A DNA stretch of 64,000 nucleotides from Bacteroidota bacterium (GTDB lineage Bacteria > Bacteroidota > Bacteroidia > SXHM01): NCBI GenBank assembly GCA_947479755.1, contig CANKAM010000008.1, positions 37,880 to 101,879 of the forward strand, in the 5' to 3' direction. This document shows positions 28,735 to 37,992 of this stretch, in pieces. The notes under the pieces were generated by a model. It was not told the origin of the DNA, searched no databases, and saw only the letters and a program-made list of their open reading frames with translations. Both the position numbers and the translations under genes were made by a program. Every line of letters starts with the position of its first letter. The stretch's first letter is position 1.

Positions 28735-29631
28735 TTATATTTTTTCATAATAACCTTTCAATGCCATACCTGAACCTGTAAGAGTTAAAAAATAATTAAC
28801 GGTGTTTTTAGCATAAAGTAAATACTTCTTTTTCTCTATTTCAACCCTTATTTTTTCGTCTGATGAGTTTTGGGCAACTACTTTTTCTTCTTTGTTTCCC
28901 TGACTTATTTTTAGTCGGGTAAAGCTTATACCATGGCAATACAGTTTCTTTTTTTGAAAACCGTTACCTGTAAGAAGTTTGTTTAAGGTTTTTTTTGTGT
29001 AATATGAAAGGTGTTCAGGATAGCTAATTACGTTGTAGGTGTCTTTCAGGTAATACCGGAGCAGCGAATTGAAATTTGGAGTGGTGCAGTAAAACAGTCC
29101 GCTTTTTCTGAGTAGTTTATGGATTTCTCTTACCTCTTCACGCGGGTTATTAATGTGTTCGATAACTTCAAAAGAAGTGATGATGTCAAAATTTATATCT
29201 TTAAACACGGTGCTGTTTAACTGCCCCTGTGTCATTTTTATTCCTTTAGCCTCATTAATTTCAACAGCCTTGGGTGAATATTCGGTTCCATAAACTTCCC
29301 AGCCTCTTTTTTTTGCCTGTTCAAGAAAAAAGCCCATTCCGCAGCCAACATCAAGTAACCTGTTGTTGTTTCTGTATTTTTCAAATTCATCTAACAGAAG
29401 ATTATAGTTTTTGATAGTAATCGGAGAAAGGTATTGTTCCCTGCCATAAGAATAAGTGCTGTAATGCTTGTTCAGCTCATCTGTTGTGGGTATTTGTTTC
29501 ATAAAAACAAAGCCACAATTGCCACACTTAGTCAGATTAAACTTAGTATAATCTTTCAGCGTAATTAATTCTTCGCTGTTACATATAAGGCAGTGTGTAT
29601 GGAATTTGCTCATCAGGTAGCGTGTAATCAA
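28735..29631 (-). CDS. Class I SAM-dependent methyltransferase with N-terminal CxxC...CxxC zinc-ribbon
   Basis: The evidence is CLICNS...CGNCGF followed by LLDVGCGMGFF and LRKSGLFY. Confidence 0.75.
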   Translation of the reverse strand: MITRYLMSKFHTHCLICNSEELITLKDYTKFNLTKCGNCGFVFMKQIPTTDELNKHYSTYSYGREQYLSPITIKNYNLLLDEFEKYRNNNRLLDVGCGMGFFLEQAKKRGWEVYGTEYSPKAVEINEAKGIKMTQGQLNSTVFKDINFDIITSFEVIEHINNPREEVREIHKLLRKSGLFYCTTPNFNSLLRYYLKDTYNVISYPEHLSYYTKKTLNKLLTGNGFQKKKLYCHGISFTRLKISQGNKEEKVVAQNSSDEKIRVEIEKKKYLLYAKNTVNYFLTLTGSGMALKGYYEKI

Positions 29632-29653
29632 AAATCTCCCGCCAAATTTATAT

Positions 29654-29661
29654 TATCTTTG
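29654..29661 (+). promoter_or_regulatory. Candidate -7 box (TAnnTTTG) for MaoC-like gene
   Basis: TATCTTTG ends 28 nt before the ATG at 29690. Confidence 0.3.
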
Positions 29662-29689
29662 CTTATCAACTAATAATTTAATTTCAGAT

Positions 29690-30112
29690 ATGGGCGATAA
29701 GAGGATTATCAGGATAGGTGACGAAGCTACTTTTACCAAAAAAATTACCAGCGAAGTTGTAAATGGTTTTGCAGAAGTTACAGATGATAATAACCCCGTT
29801 CATCTTGATGACGAATATGCAAAAACAACTTTTTTTAAAAAAAGAATTGCTCACGGCTTTTTAATAGGTAGTCTGATTTCAACAACAATTACCCAAAAAA
29901 TGCCTGGTAATGGAACTATTTATATTTCTCAGTCATTGGTTTTCAAAGGACCTGTTTTTATTGATGATGTTATTACTGCTCGCGTCAAGGCAGTAGATTT
30001 TCCTAATGGGAACAGGATACTATTGAAAACTACTTGTGAAAATCAAGACGGCAAAATTATATTAGAAGGGGAGGCGTTGGTTGTGCCTCCAAGAAACATT
30101 GTTTTGCAATAA
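29690..30112 (+). CDS. MaoC-like (R)-specific enoyl-CoA/ACP hydratase-dehydratase (hot-dog fold)
   Basis: The NPVHLDDEYAKTTFFKKRIAHGFL hydratase-2 motif is present and the length is 140 aa. Confidence 0.8.
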   Translation: MGDKRIIRIGDEATFTKKITSEVVNGFAEVTDDNNPVHLDDEYAKTTFFKKRIAHGFLIGSLISTTITQKMPGNGTIYISQSLVFKGPVFIDDVITARVKAVDFPNGNRILLKTTCENQDGKIILEGEALVVPPRNIVLQ

Positions 30113-30127
30113 ATCTAAGAAATAATC

Positions 30128-31060
30128 TTATACTGATTTAAATATCAATATTGGATAATTTAATAAGAACAAAATAAACGATTTTAGATTGTTCGGTTTA
30201 AATCGAAGTAGTATTTTATAATGATTATATATCGTTTTCTGTAAATAATAATTGTAATATTTTTTTTCGGTTTTGTAATAGATTACTGCTTGATATAAAA
30301 GAAATAATAGTTGTTTGTATATTTTATATTTATGAGAGTAATTAGTGTATTTATTAAATTCAGAATATAATCGTATCAGATAGTGGACAATCTTAATATT
30401 TGAATAGTCTGATTGATGCATTAAACTAGTAGGATTTACTCTATAAGTACTCATTGTTTCATTAATGAAATTAATTGTTCCATTAATTGAAGCCAGCATA
30501 ATGATAGGCCAATCACCAACTTTCAGTTTTAATAGCCAAGGGGGGAGTGTTCCTACCGCTTGTTTTCTATACATAATGCTTGAAGTCATAATAACCCAAC
30601 CTGTACTTGGAAGTGATATTACATCATCAATATCATAGGATGGTTTCTCATTAAATATTTTATTTCTTTCTGAATGTGCTTTATGAAAACAGGCTGCAGA
30701 GTCAATATTGTTTTCCATAAAATTAACTTGTTTTTGCAATTTCATAGGGTCGGTCCAATAGTCGTCCCCCTCCAGTATGGCTACATATTTAGCGTTACAG
30801 GTATTATGAACAATAAACGAATTATTAATCGCTCCTAAATTCTTAGGCTGTAGTATTAGTTTAAATTTATCGGGATATTTTTTTTTGTATTCAATACAGA
30901 TTGCTCGTGTATTGTCCGTAGAGCAATCTTCACCAATAACAATTCTGTATGCAAATGTTGTCTGTTGCATCAGAATACCTTCAATTGCTTCCGCAATGTA
31001 GTTTTCGTGGTTGTAAGTGTATAAACAAATATCAACCAACGCCTCTTCAGGTTCTGCCAT
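30128..31060 (-). CDS. Glycosyltransferase family 2
   Basis: DICLYTYNHENYIAEAIEGILMQ...IVIGEDCSTDNT and EGDDYW are GT2 motifs. Confidence 0.75.
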   Translation of the reverse strand: MAEPEEALVDICLYTYNHENYIAEAIEGILMQQTTFAYRIVIGEDCSTDNTRAICIEYKKKYPDKFKLILQPKNLGAINNSFIVHNTCNAKYVAILEGDDYWTDPMKLQKQVNFMENNIDSAACFHKAHSERNKIFNEKPSYDIDDVISLPSTGWVIMTSSIMYRKQAVGTLPPWLLKLKVGDWPIIMLASINGTINFINETMSTYRVNPTSLMHQSDYSNIKIVHYLIRLYSEFNKYTNYSHKYKIYKQLLFLLYQAVIYYKTEKKYYNYYLQKTIYNHYKILLRFKPNNLKSFILFLLNYPILIFKSV

Positions 31061-31079
31061 TCTTACTAGTAATTGTAAA

Positions 31080-31322
31080 CTAATTAAAGTTGATGCCTAA
31101 GCGTGCAAGGATCTCTCTTGCTTTGCCAACTGTGCTCATATCAATGACATCATTTGTATCTAATGAAACACCGAAATCTTCTTCAATTTGTGAAACTAAA
31201 ATCATGTGACTGATTGAATCCCATTGGGTAATACTTTGATATTTTAAATCATCATTAACCATTGAAAGATCAATGCTTAAAGCAGTAGCAAAAGTGTTAT
31301 AAAGTTTCTCAGTGTTGGTCAT
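31080..31322 (-). CDS. Acyl carrier protein
   Basis: It is 80 aa, has the phosphopantetheine-site motif WDSISHM, and has acidic helices. Confidence 0.75.
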   Translation of the reverse strand: MTNTEKLYNTFATALSIDLSMVNDDLKYQSITQWDSISHMILVSQIEEDFGVSLDTNDVIDMSTVGKAREILARLGINFN

Positions 31323-31337
31323 AATTGTTTCTTAAAA

Positions 31338-31964
31338 TTAAAATAATCGTTTAAAAGGTTTTGGGCTTCTGGAAGATGAAACCATTTTTTCCGGTAAATC
31401 ATTACGCACATAGGTAAGCGCATCCACCATGTTTTCTTTGCCTAGCGTTACTCCCTGATGAATAAAACACCCTGCTCCAATCAATGATCCTTCACCAATT
31501 TTTACATTGCCGCTTATCCTTGCCCCGGGCGAAACAATTACATGGTCTTCTAAAATTGAGTCGTGACCTACAGTAGCATTCAGGTTTATAAATACATGAT
31601 CATTCAGAACTGCATTGGTTGAAACTGTAGAATTAGCCCCTACATAACACCCTTTACCAATTTTGGCAGATTGTGCAATGTAGGCATGAGGATTAATTAT
31701 TGAAACAGGCTCAAAATTTGAATACTGTTTCATTGCTTCAACACATTTCTTTCGCTGAGCAACATCGGAGAAACCAATGATGTATTTAACAATGTAATCA
31801 GGATTGTTTATCTTGTTTTCCAGCTTATTGTCAGCAATAAATGTCTCGTTAAACAGCACAGCCTGGATTTTATCAAATTCATTTTGAAAATGAGTGCAAG
31901 CTACTTCGTAAATTTCTAATCCAGAACTTATTTTCCCGAAAACCAATAATTCTCTGTGCTTCAT
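31338..31964 (-). CDS. NeuD/PglD-family sugar N-/O-acyltransferase (left-handed beta-helix)
   Basis: An N-terminal Rossmann-like half is followed by hexapeptide repeats (IGKGCYVGANSTV...VGHDSILEDHVIVSPGARISGNVKIGEGSLIGAG). Confidence 0.75.
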   Translation of the reverse strand: MKHRELLVFGKISSGLEIYEVACTHFQNEFDKIQAVLFNETFIADNKLENKINNPDYIVKYIIGFSDVAQRKKCVEAMKQYSNFEPVSIINPHAYIAQSAKIGKGCYVGANSTVSTNAVLNDHVFINLNATVGHDSILEDHVIVSPGARISGNVKIGEGSLIGAGCFIHQGVTLGKENMVDALTYVRNDLPEKMVSSSRSPKPFKRLF

Positions 31965-31988
31965 ATCATTCGCCTGATGGCTGCAAAA

Positions 31989-33062
31989 TTAATTTATTAA
32001 TAATGTTGCTATTCTTCTCACATCATTCTCCGCTAAATCAAAATAAATCGGCAAACACAAAACCCGCTTAGAAACATCTTCCGAAACTGGTGCATCCTGT
32101 TTACCCATATAATTCACTGTATTAAGCGAAGGATAAAAATATCGTCTAGGAAAAACTGAATTCTCGTTCAGTCTTTTTCTTGTTTCAAGTAATTGTTCTT
32201 CAGTTTCAAAAAGAACAGGGTAATAGGCATAGTTATATTCTGTTGCTTCCGGCAGTTCAGGTTTTTTAAGCGAAGTGCTTTTCAGTAAATCATCATACAA
32301 TTCTGAAATTCTTTTGCGTGCTTCAATCAGTTCAGGAACTTTTGGAAGAATGCACAAACCCATTGCCGCATTAAATTCAGACGTTTTTCCGTTAATGCCT
32401 ACACCAAAAAATGCTTCCGGTCCGTTGTGTCCGAAGTTACGCATGTAGGATATTTTGTGCGCAAGTTCATCATCATTGGTAATAATTGCTCCGCCCTCAA
32501 TGGTGTGAAAAAGTTTAGTGGCATGAAAACTGAGTGTGGAAATATCACCGTAATTCAAAACCGAAGTTCCTTTGTAGTTCACTCCGAAAGCGTGTGCTGC
32601 ATCGTAAATTATTTTCAGATTATGTTGTTCAGCAATCTCTTTTATAGCTTCCACATTGCAGGGAATTCCGTAAACATGGGTTGCTAAAATTCCTGTTGTA
32701 GCTTGAGTTATTTTGTGCTTTATTTCATCAGGATTAATGCAAAGTGTTTTTGCGTCAATGTCGGCAAAAACAGGGGTGCAGCCTTCCCATGCTATTGAAC
32801 TGGTGGTGGCAACATAAGAAAACGGTGTGGTAATAATTTCGTTTTTTAGTCCTAAAGCTTTTATGGCAATCTGTAAAGCAATGGTTCCATTGTTTACAAC
32901 AAAAAGATGTTTTACTCCAAGATATGTTTTTAGCTTTTCTTCCAGTTCCTGAAGTAAGGGACCATGATTGGTGAGATGTCCGCGCTCCCAGATTCCTTGC
33001 AGGTATGCAGTGTATTCCTCCAACGGAGGTAAATATGTTTTGGTAACATTAATTTGCTGCAT
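31989..33062 (-). CDS. DegT/DnrJ/EryC1/StrS-family sugar aminotransferase
   Basis: It has NGTIALQIA, the SFHATK pyridoxal-lysine motif, and a length of 357 aa. Confidence 0.85.
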   Translation of the reverse strand: MQQINVTKTYLPPLEEYTAYLQGIWERGHLTNHGPLLQELEEKLKTYLGVKHLFVVNNGTIALQIAIKALGLKNEIITTPFSYVATTSSIAWEGCTPVFADIDAKTLCINPDEIKHKITQATTGILATHVYGIPCNVEAIKEIAEQHNLKIIYDAAHAFGVNYKGTSVLNYGDISTLSFHATKLFHTIEGGAIITNDDELAHKISYMRNFGHNGPEAFFGVGINGKTSEFNAAMGLCILPKVPELIEARKRISELYDDLLKSTSLKKPELPEATEYNYAYYPVLFETEEQLLETRKRLNENSVFPRRYFYPSLNTVNYMGKQDAPVSEDVSKRVLCLPIYFDLAENDVRRIATLLIN

Positions 33063-33066
33063 TGCC

Positions 33067-34344
33067 TTAAACTTGTTCGGTTGTAAATGATAAAAATGTG
33101 GGACGGATTACACCCTGCCACTTTGCAAAATATCCCAAATCATCGTGGCGGGCATCGGTAATATCAAAGGCAAGGCATTCGTTCAGCGAAAATAAAAGTT
33201 TAGGTCCGCTGGCATCCAGAATATTGAAGTTGATGAAATAGCTACCATCGTTCAAAAAATTTGCCGGAAGGTGAAGTGTGCTTTTCACTATTCCGTTTTT
33301 CATTGATTTTATTTCTGAACCTATATCAAACAGGCACAAACCTTCCTGGGAGTAAAAATGCAGGCTGGCATATACTTTATCCGAAACTGCGTAATTGTTG
33401 TAAAACTCAATGCTGATTTCCAGTGGAGTTTTAACATCAAAGTTTTCAAGGGTATGATTGTTTGCCGCTTTTACTTCTACTTTTTTTACTTTCACAAAAT
33501 CATTTCCGGGTGCGTTTTTCAATTCCCATTCCTGTTTGAAAATCTGTTTTGCTTCGCTTGATAAATAATTATCAACCACACGCTCTATATCATCAATCAT
33601 AGCAATTTTGCCATTGCGCATCAGCAGCCCTTTACTACAGAGTTTTCTTACTGAGGCCATATTATGACTTACAAACAAAACCGTTCTTCCACCACCTGCA
33701 CTAATGTCCTGCATTTTACCGATTGCTTTCTTTTGAAACTCGGCATCGCCAACTGATAGTACTTCATCCACAATCAGAATTTCCGGTTCAAGATGTGCCG
33801 CCACTGCAAACCCTAATCTTACGGTCATTCCTGAAGAATAGCGTTTTACCGGAGTGTCAACATAGCGTTCTACTCCTGCAAAATCTACAATCTCATCAAA
33901 CTTTGATTTTATTTCAGACTTTGTCATTCCCAGCACAGCACCATTCAGGTAAATGTTTTCCCGCCCGGTAAGTTCACCGTGAAAGCCTGTTCCTACTTCC
34001 AGCAAACTGGCAATTCTGCCTCTGTATTTTACAGAGCCTTCGGTAGGTGAAGTAATTTTAGAAAGTATTTTCAGCAGCGTTGATTTTCCGGCTCCGTTTT
34101 TTCCGATCACGCCCCAGATTTCACCGCGCTTCACTTCAAAGTTGATGTCTTTTAAAGCCCAAACGTATTCGCTGTTGCCCTTGTGTTCGCGGTCGTTGGT
34201 TTCGGCAATCAGTTCGGCTTCATTTCTTTTGCCGCGCAGTTTGTCAAAGAAATATTTTACATCATCACGGAAAGTTCCCGAACCCACATAGCCCAGCTTA
34301 TATAGCTTGCTTACGTTTTCAACTTTTATTGCTGTTTCTGCCAT
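33067..34344 (-). CDS. wzt: Polysaccharide ABC exporter ATP-binding protein (Wzt) with C-terminal glycan-binding extension, set 2
   Basis: It has GKNGAGKSTLL, YSSGMTVRLGF, and ILIVDEVL. I start at MAETAIKVENV (34344), 1 nt after the wzm stop. The C-terminal ~170 aa are unrelated in sequence to those of the set-1 Wzt. Confidence 0.85.
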   Translation of the reverse strand: MAETAIKVENVSKLYKLGYVGSGTFRDDVKYFFDKLRGKRNEAELIAETNDREHKGNSEYVWALKDINFEVKRGEIWGVIGKNGAGKSTLLKILSKITSPTEGSVKYRGRIASLLEVGTGFHGELTGRENIYLNGAVLGMTKSEIKSKFDEIVDFAGVERYVDTPVKRYSSGMTVRLGFAVAAHLEPEILIVDEVLSVGDAEFQKKAIGKMQDISAGGGRTVLFVSHNMASVRKLCSKGLLMRNGKIAMIDDIERVVDNYLSSEAKQIFKQEWELKNAPGNDFVKVKKVEVKAANNHTLENFDVKTPLEISIEFYNNYAVSDKVYASLHFYSQEGLCLFDIGSEIKSMKNGIVKSTLHLPANFLNDGSYFINFNILDASGPKLLFSLNECLAFDITDARHDDLGYFAKWQGVIRPTFLSFTTEQV

Positions 34345-34345
34345 C

Positions 34346-35200
34346 TTACACCGTGTCCATAAAGTTTTTCTCAATGCGGTTGAAAACAATCAGCCCCGCA
34401 AAAAATACTATTACTGCAAAAATGGTTGAGTAAATCAGGTCAGCAATGTTAAACGTTCCCTGTCCGAAAAATGCATATCGAAATGATTCCATTACCGATG
34501 CAATAGGATTGAAACGGATATAGTATTGATATTTTTCCGGCAGGAAAGAAACAGGATAAATAACTGCTGAAGCATACATGAGCAACGTAACACCAAACAC
34601 CATCAGGTTCGAAAAATCGCGGTATTTGGTGGTAAGTGATGAAACAATAATTCCCAAACCAAGACCAAGAAAGGTCATCAGTAAGAGAAGATAGGGTACT
34701 AAAATCAAATGCCAGTTGGGTTGAATGGAAACATCTTTTTTAATAAAATAGAAGTACAGATAAATAGCAAGAAATAAAGCTAACTGAATAATCAGTCTGA
34801 AAAAGTTGGATAGGGTAGTAGCAATAGGTGCGGCTAATCGCGGAAAATAAACCTTACCGAAAATGCCGGCATTGTTTACAAAAATATTAGCGTTGCCATT
34901 GAGCGAACTGCTGAAATACGACCAGCAAATCTGGCTGGCTAAGAAAAACAAAAAAGGATTAATTCCTTCTGTTGAAATTTGTGCAATATTCCCGAAAACC
35001 ACTGTAAACAAAAGACTTGTAATGATTGGCTGAATAAAAAACCAAAGAGGGCCAAGAATAGTTTGTTTATAAGAAGCAATGATGTCGCGCCTGGCAAAAA
35101 TTACAATCAGGTCGCGGTATTTCCAGAGTTCAGCCAGCTTCAAATCAAGCAAAGAAGTCTTGGGACTTATGACTTCTGTCCATTCATTTGTATCAGGCAT
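34346..35200 (-). CDS. wzm: ABC-2 type polysaccharide exporter permease (Wzm), set 2
   Basis: LWKYRDLIVIFARRDIIASYKQTILGPLWFFIQP is the Wzm signature, with six hydrophobic segments. Confidence 0.85.
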   Translation of the reverse strand: MPDTNEWTEVISPKTSLLDLKLAELWKYRDLIVIFARRDIIASYKQTILGPLWFFIQPIITSLLFTVVFGNIAQISTEGINPFLFFLASQICWSYFSSSLNGNANIFVNNAGIFGKVYFPRLAAPIATTLSNFFRLIIQLALFLAIYLYFYFIKKDVSIQPNWHLILVPYLLLLMTFLGLGLGIIVSSLTTKYRDFSNLMVFGVTLLMYASAVIYPVSFLPEKYQYYIRFNPIASVMESFRYAFFGQGTFNIADLIYSTIFAVIVFFAGLIVFNRIEKNFMDTV

Positions 35201-35220
35201 AGCGGCTTTTTAGAAAGGTT

Positions 35221-35228
35221 CAAAAATA
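35221..35228 (-). promoter_or_regulatory. Candidate -7 box (TAnnTTTG on minus strand) for wzm/wzt set-2 operon
   Basis: CAAAAATA on the plus strand is TATTTTTG on the minus strand, ending 20 nt before the start at 35200. Confidence 0.4.
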
Positions 35229-35267
35229 ATAACATAATTTAACGCGCTCAAAATATTTATTTAATCG

Positions 35268-36263
35268 GTGTCTAATCTGCCACGAATAACCATTATAACC
35301 CCGTCATTTAATCAGGGTAAATACATTGAGCAAACCATTTTATCGGTGCTGGAACAAGATTACCCCAACCTTGAATACATCATTATGGACGGGGGAAGCA
35401 GCGATGAGACGGTAGAGATTATCCGCAAATACGAAAGCCAAATTGCATATTGGGAGAGCAAACCCGATAATGGGCAAAGCGATGCCATAAATAAAGGTTT
35501 GCAACGTGCCACAGGCGATGTTTTTAACTGGCTGAACTCGGATGATATTCTTGAAAAAGGTGCTTTGCAAGAAGTAGGGAAAGCCTTTGCCGAAAAAGAT
35601 ATTCTCTCCTTCAATGGGGTTTGCAGAACATTTAAGGACGGCAATCTGGCTGAAACCGTCAATACAACCTACACCACTTTTTCTAAAAGACCAGAACAAA
35701 CAATTGCTAAAGTTAGCATGGGACAGCCTTCGCAATTTTATAGTCTTAAAGCCATTCGCGAACTTGGTAATTGTGTGAATACCTCTCTCAGTCATTCAAT
35801 GGATAAAGAATTATGGTGTCGTTTTTTATTTCGTTTCGGAACTGACAAGGTGATGTTTACAAACAGTACACTTTCGTCATTCCGTTTGCATGGAGAATCA
35901 AAGACAGTCAATCTTCACGAAGTTTTTCGCAAAGATGATTATGCCTTATATCTTTCAATTTTCAATCAGTTTAATGCTCCTGATTTTTTGAAAAGTTTTG
36001 TGCTGAAGTTTGAATTGAATAAGAATTATAAAAATGTTTGGAACGAAGGACTTATAAACCCTCAATTACTCTTCGCATACTTTGCGGTGCGTTTTGCTAC
36101 TGAATATTATACGTTACGTGAATATGATAACTGTAGGAAATGCCTGTTGTATGCACGAAAAAATGGCTACCCTTTTGATTCTAATTTCTTATCCTTATTT
36201 GGTAAAATAATGTTGTTGCCAACTCCTCTGATTAACTTTGCGCGAAAAATAAAAAACAGCTAA
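35268..36263 (+). CDS. Glycosyltransferase family 2
   Basis: ITIITPSFNQGKYIEQTILSVLEQDYPNLEYIIMDGGSSD and NSDD are GT2 motifs. It uses a GTG start. Confidence 0.8.
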   Translation: MSNLPRITIITPSFNQGKYIEQTILSVLEQDYPNLEYIIMDGGSSDETVEIIRKYESQIAYWESKPDNGQSDAINKGLQRATGDVFNWLNSDDILEKGALQEVGKAFAEKDILSFNGVCRTFKDGNLAETVNTTYTTFSKRPEQTIAKVSMGQPSQFYSLKAIRELGNCVNTSLSHSMDKELWCRFLFRFGTDKVMFTNSTLSSFRLHGESKTVNLHEVFRKDDYALYLSIFNQFNAPDFLKSFVLKFELNKNYKNVWNEGLINPQLLFAYFAVRFATEYYTLREYDNCRKCLLYARKNGYPFDSNFLSLFGKIMLLPTPLINFARKIKNS

Positions 36264-36266
36264 TAG

Positions 36267-37244
36267 ATGCAGCAACTGCTTGTAAGTATTGTGATGCCTG
36301 CCTATAATGCAGAAAAATATATTGCCGAATCGGTGAATAGCATTCTCTCGCAGTCTTATCAAAACTTTGAGTTGTTGATAGCAGATGACTGCTCAACCGA
36401 CCGGACAAAAGAACTGCTTTCCACTTTCAACGATTCAAGAATTTTGTTTTATCACAACGAAAGCAACCTGGGATATTTAAAAACCTGCAATAAGCTTTTT
36501 TCACTATGCAAAGGCGAGTTAGTTACCTTTCAGGATGCCGATGATATTTCGGTTCCAGATAGAATTGAAAAACAAGTAAATGAATTTTTGAAAGACAAAG
36601 AACTTGGAATTTGCACAAGTAATTCGGTGATGATTGATTCCGCTGGGAAGAAAATTATGTCACGCCAATGGGCTATTGATTATGAAAAATTCAGGAATGA
36701 TGCGGATTACGAAGCACTGTTGTGTGGCGCAACCATTATGCTGAAAAGTGATTTGCTTAGAGAAATTGGTTTGTATCACGAGTATTTCAACAGGCTGGGA
36801 GGGGAGGATTATGAATGGTTTTTTCGTGCGGTTTGTAAAGGCAAAGGAGTTCATATGAATGAGGAACTTTATTTATACCGTATTCACAACAGCGCGGTAA
36901 AAGTGAACAATACTGCACCGCGCACGATTTATATCCACGATATTATTCATGAAATCCGAAATCATTTTATTCTTAATCAAGAATATTTACTGGATGGAAA
37001 ACATGAGGTTGAATTAAAATCGTTGGAAGAAAAATTTGAGAAAGAATTTCGTGATGAACCTTCAAAAGCCTTTAGAATAAAGGCAAATGGAGCGATTGCA
37101 TTAAAGCAGTATGGAGGTTTTTTGAAATTAAGTTGGGCTGCATTTAAAACTGAGCCTTTTAATTCAAAAAACTACACCGCTACTCTCACCAGTATTTATA
37201 ACCGATTTAAAGGAATAATCTACAACCTGATTAAGCCAAACTAA
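36267..37244 (+). CDS. Glycosyltransferase family 2
   Basis: VSIVMPAYNAEKYIAESVNSILSQSYQNFELLIADDCSTD and QDADD are GT2 motifs. Confidence 0.8.
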   Translation: MQQLLVSIVMPAYNAEKYIAESVNSILSQSYQNFELLIADDCSTDRTKELLSTFNDSRILFYHNESNLGYLKTCNKLFSLCKGELVTFQDADDISVPDRIEKQVNEFLKDKELGICTSNSVMIDSAGKKIMSRQWAIDYEKFRNDADYEALLCGATIMLKSDLLREIGLYHEYFNRLGGEDYEWFFRAVCKGKGVHMNEELYLYRIHNSAVKVNNTAPRTIYIHDIIHEIRNHFILNQEYLLDGKHEVELKSLEEKFEKEFRDEPSKAFRIKANGAIALKQYGGFLKLSWAAFKTEPFNSKNYTATLTSIYNRFKGIIYNLIKPN

Positions 37245-37992
37245 TTAACTCTTTTTGTGTTGGATAATTAATAAGCACAGCCCGGTGTTTCCCCTGAAAA
37301 ACAAACATACTCCCCGCTGCTAATGCAGATGCTCCTGCATCTAATGCTGATTTAAAATCAGCAATTTTACCTGCGCCACCGCAAACAATAAGCGGAACAT
37401 TTACAGCCTGAGAAACTGATTTTATTAAAGCAGTATCATAGCCTTCCATGGCACTGTCGTGGTCAACGGAGTTTAGCAGGATTTCGCCTGCACCGTTTTT
37501 TGTCAGGTAAGCAGCAAATTCGGCAGGAGTGTGGTTGGTTAGCTTTTTATCGGCATGGTTGTAAACATAATGCTTGCCGAACAAATTAGTCTTTACATCA
37601 ATTCCGGCAACCATTGCTGAACTTCCGAATTTTTCAGCACCTTCTCTCAATAAATTAATGTTGCTGAAATTGGAGGCATTAAGAGAAACCTTTTCAACTC
37701 CGGCTTTCAGGATGGCTTTGATTTCTTCAATGGTTGTAATTCCACCACCGTAGCACAAAGGCATAAAACATTCTGAAGCCAGTTCAGAGATGTAAGCGAT
37801 ATTAGGTTTTCGTTTTTGTGCGCTTGCTGTTATGTCAAGATAAATGAGCTCATCAACTTCTTTTTCGTTGAAGATTTTTACAGCATTAAATGGGTCGCCA
37901 ATGTAAACAGGGTATTTGAATTTCCTTGTCTTGACAAGGCTTCCCTCGCTGTCGCTTAATAAAACCGGTATTACTCGAATGTTTTTGCGCAT
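37231..37992 (-). CDS. HisF-like cyclase subunit paralog (WbuZ-type, glycan amidation-associated)
   Basis: RVIPVLL...LVKTRKF...YIGDPFNAVKIFNEKEVDELIYLDI is the HisF fold signature. It is embedded in a glycan locus with no other his genes nearby. Confidence 0.8.
   Translation of the reverse strand: MRKNIRVIPVLLSDSEGSLVKTRKFKYPVYIGDPFNAVKIFNEKEVDELIYLDITASAQKRKPNIAYISELASECFMPLCYGGGITTIEEIKAILKAGVEKVSLNASNFSNINLLREGAEKFGSSAMVAGIDVKTNLFGKHYVYNHADKKLTNHTPAEFAAYLTKNGAGEILLNSVDHDSAMEGYDTALIKSVSQAVNVPLIVCGGAGKIADFKSALDAGASALAAGSMFVFQGKHRAVLINYPTQKELISLA

Noticed and set aside
35340-35795. Minus-strand ORFs of 151 and 100 aa, and a plus-strand ORF of 63 aa
   Set aside because: They overlap the well-supported GT2 gene at 35268-36263 in other frames.
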